Assembly (NCBI GenBank): GCA_047495785.1
Contig: JBLDXI010000036.1
Span: 310,001-374,000, forward strand
DNA from: Lepidodermella squamata
Taxonomy: Eukaryota; Animalia; Gastrotricha
Reading direction: 5' to 3'
Length of the DNA: 64,000 nt
The translations under genes were made by a program, and so were the position numbers. Under the pieces are notes generated by a model, which worked only from the letters and a program-made list of their open reading frames with translations, did no database searches and was not told the DNA's origin. This document shows, one piece after another, positions 62,083 to 64,000 of the stretch; within the stretch, counting starts at the first letter, position 1, and every line of letters starts with the position of its first letter.

Positions 62083-62676
62083 TTTCTGGCCAAATAAATA
62101 GCCTCCATGCTTATACATCAGAGTTGTCCACGGGCCAGGCTGGGTGGGCTGGGTACGGGTCGGGTTTTGAGATCAAGGCGGGGCACTGGGCCTCGCCAGG
62201 TACAGTGGCGTATGTCACTGCAAACAGTCCCCTCCGAGGGAGGGCTGTGAGATAGGGGCCACAACATCGGGCTCCGGAGGACTATCACTCACTTGGAGCA
62301 ATGTATCCCAAATAGGACCTGTCGGCTAGCAGGTCATAGCACTGGTATTAGGCAACTGAATAAGCCTCGGCCTCATGCGAGGTCTGCAGGGTAACTAAAC
62401 GTCAAGCGAGCCCACCACGTCTCCAGGGAAAGGCCTCTATGAGGTCTCAAACCAGAGGTCAGTGGCCAGTGGCCCCTTTGAGTCTCCTTCCCGCGAGGAC
62501 GAAAAAAGGAAGACTGAGAAAAATGAGCGGTCCTGCGGTATTTATGCAGGCAGAGCGTGCGGGTTGTGCTTGCTCGTGGTCGCAAAACAACATTAAACCT
62601 GTTGAATATCGGGGGACACTACAAAGACCTTGGTCGCAAATGACTTGCTGGTTCATACTTGCTGGCTCATTAACGT

Positions 62677-62955
62677 TTTCTGTTTGATTGTTGCAATAAA
62701 AGTGTTTCTCTTATAGCTTTGTCTCGTTTCCTAATTAAAATGCGATTTTTTTAATTTTGCTGCGAAAAAAGTTGGTTTTTCTTCGGAAAAGAGGCCTTCT
62801 GAGGAAACGTATAATTTCTGTTTGATTGTTGCAATAAAAGTGTTTCTCTTATAGCTTTGTCTCGTTTCCTAATTAAAATGCGATTTTTTTAATTTTGCTG
62901 CGAAAAAAGTTGGTTTCTCTTCGGAAAAGAGGCCTTCTGAGGAAACGTATAATTC
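62677..62955. repeat. ~138-bp tandem duplication (2 copies)
   Basis: TTCTGTTTGATTGTTGCAATAAAAGTG...GAGGAAACGTATAATT occurs twice with about 2 differences. Confidence 0.9.
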
Positions 62956-63446
62956 ATGAGTTTCCATGAGTTTTTTTATTAATTCAGCTTGGTATAAAAA
63001 AGCATTATTCAATGTTAAGCCTTAATTCTGCAAAGACATTTCGACGCTGAAAATGAATGATGAATTTTCTATTCATTCATAATTCGAAATTCACGATAGT
63101 ACCGTCATCTGGGGCAAAATGAACCTTTGGGGCTAATTAGCCAAAAATTTAGCTTTTCACATTTTTATTGCTAACTCAAAAACTGCAATGTAAAACTTCA
63201 CACAAGTTTACGGGGACGATTGTCAGCAAGCCTCCTGCAAGCCTGCAAATTTCCAGCCACGTATGTCCCGAAATGAGGTCACGGCATGTTGTTTCACAGA
63301 GGTGATTTTAGGGAGGTAAAAATGACCCCTCTAAATTGAATTACCTGGAGCCAATCTCGAGGTTTGATGATCAGATGAAATTTTTTCCTTCGACCATTTT
63401 CGTCGTGAAAAACCGCGACCCCAGGCAATGCACAGGTGCACAAACT

Positions 63447-63882
63447 CAGTGCTTTGGATTGGATTGGATTTAATTCAATTTGATTTGATTTAGACCCTAT
63501 TTTCACTGATTTAGATTTAAAATGATTGATTTACGCGGGTTAAGCTGTTTGATTTGATTTATTTTGATTTAGCCTCGGTGATGCAATCGAAAAACTTGAT
63601 ATCGCGAAACCAAAATCTCTCCTCCTTTTTGATGAAAATGTGCTATGGAAAGGGACGGTAATTTCAAATTCGCGTTATTTTATTCATTTCTTGAAACTTC
63701 GAAGCCCCCAGCTTACTGAAAATCCCGATGTTTCGCGATTTATTGTGATTTATGGTTGTCGATGATTTGATTTGATTGATTTAGTCCTGGAAAATTGGGA
63801 CAACGATTGATTTTGATTGATCGAAGAAGGTCCGTGATTTAAGCCGTAAATCAAATCAAATCAAATCAAATCCAAAGCTCTG
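63447..63882. mobile_element. hAT-like MITE with (GATTT)n subterminal repeats
   Basis: TIR CAG(T/A)GCTTTGGATT at both ends; no TSD match. Confidence 0.6.
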
Positions 63883-64000
63883 GTATGGCTAGATGATTGT
63901 GGCCAAATTACCCCATTGAAAACTCAATGATGGGGGCTAATTGGCCACCCTTATCCTTATAATGGGTTTGTAATATTTACTGATTGTGAGGGTTGAATGG

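Noticed and set aside
62212-62720. Possible solo LTR (TGT start, GC-rich, AATAAA)
   Set aside because: No matching CA end with TSD, no second LTR or PBS could be supported.

Overview
Eukaryotic (metazoan-like) genomic DNA with short GT-AG introns and many transposons; the organism cannot be identified from sequence alone. Most ORF-track entries are exons or shadow ORFs, so I spliced the gene models by hand. The window is a duplicated gene-family cluster. (1) Five intact two-exon type II membrane glycosyltransferase-like genes (RGAGYWLWKPY / YMDxD / HRHDQS motifs), plus a truncated copy, a frameshifted copy and a transposon-borne fragment; the first copy lies head-to-head with a carbohydrate sulfotransferase. 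(2) Two paralogues of a many-exon secreted Cys-rich protein; the complete one ends in a C-type-lectin-like domain and has an apparently intact 766-aa MULE/SWIM transposase in an intron. (3) A family of small secreted peptide precursors with a conserved signal exon and variable Cys-x18-21-Cys modules, mostly decaying. (4) A signal peptide + 2 Sushi + ankyrin gene, a NEK-like kinase + ankyrin gene, and a small PAN-domain gene. (5) A segmental duplication (about 38.3-42.1 kb vs 43.4-58.4 kb). The longer copy holds the kinase-ankyrin gene and a four-deep nest of DNA transposons whose innermost member is a TTAA/piggyBac-type element carrying only a retrotransposon gag-like ORF. (6) A Crypton (DUF3504) recombinase ORF, LINE 3' ends and many MITEs. 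All functional calls come from motif recognition, not database searches.
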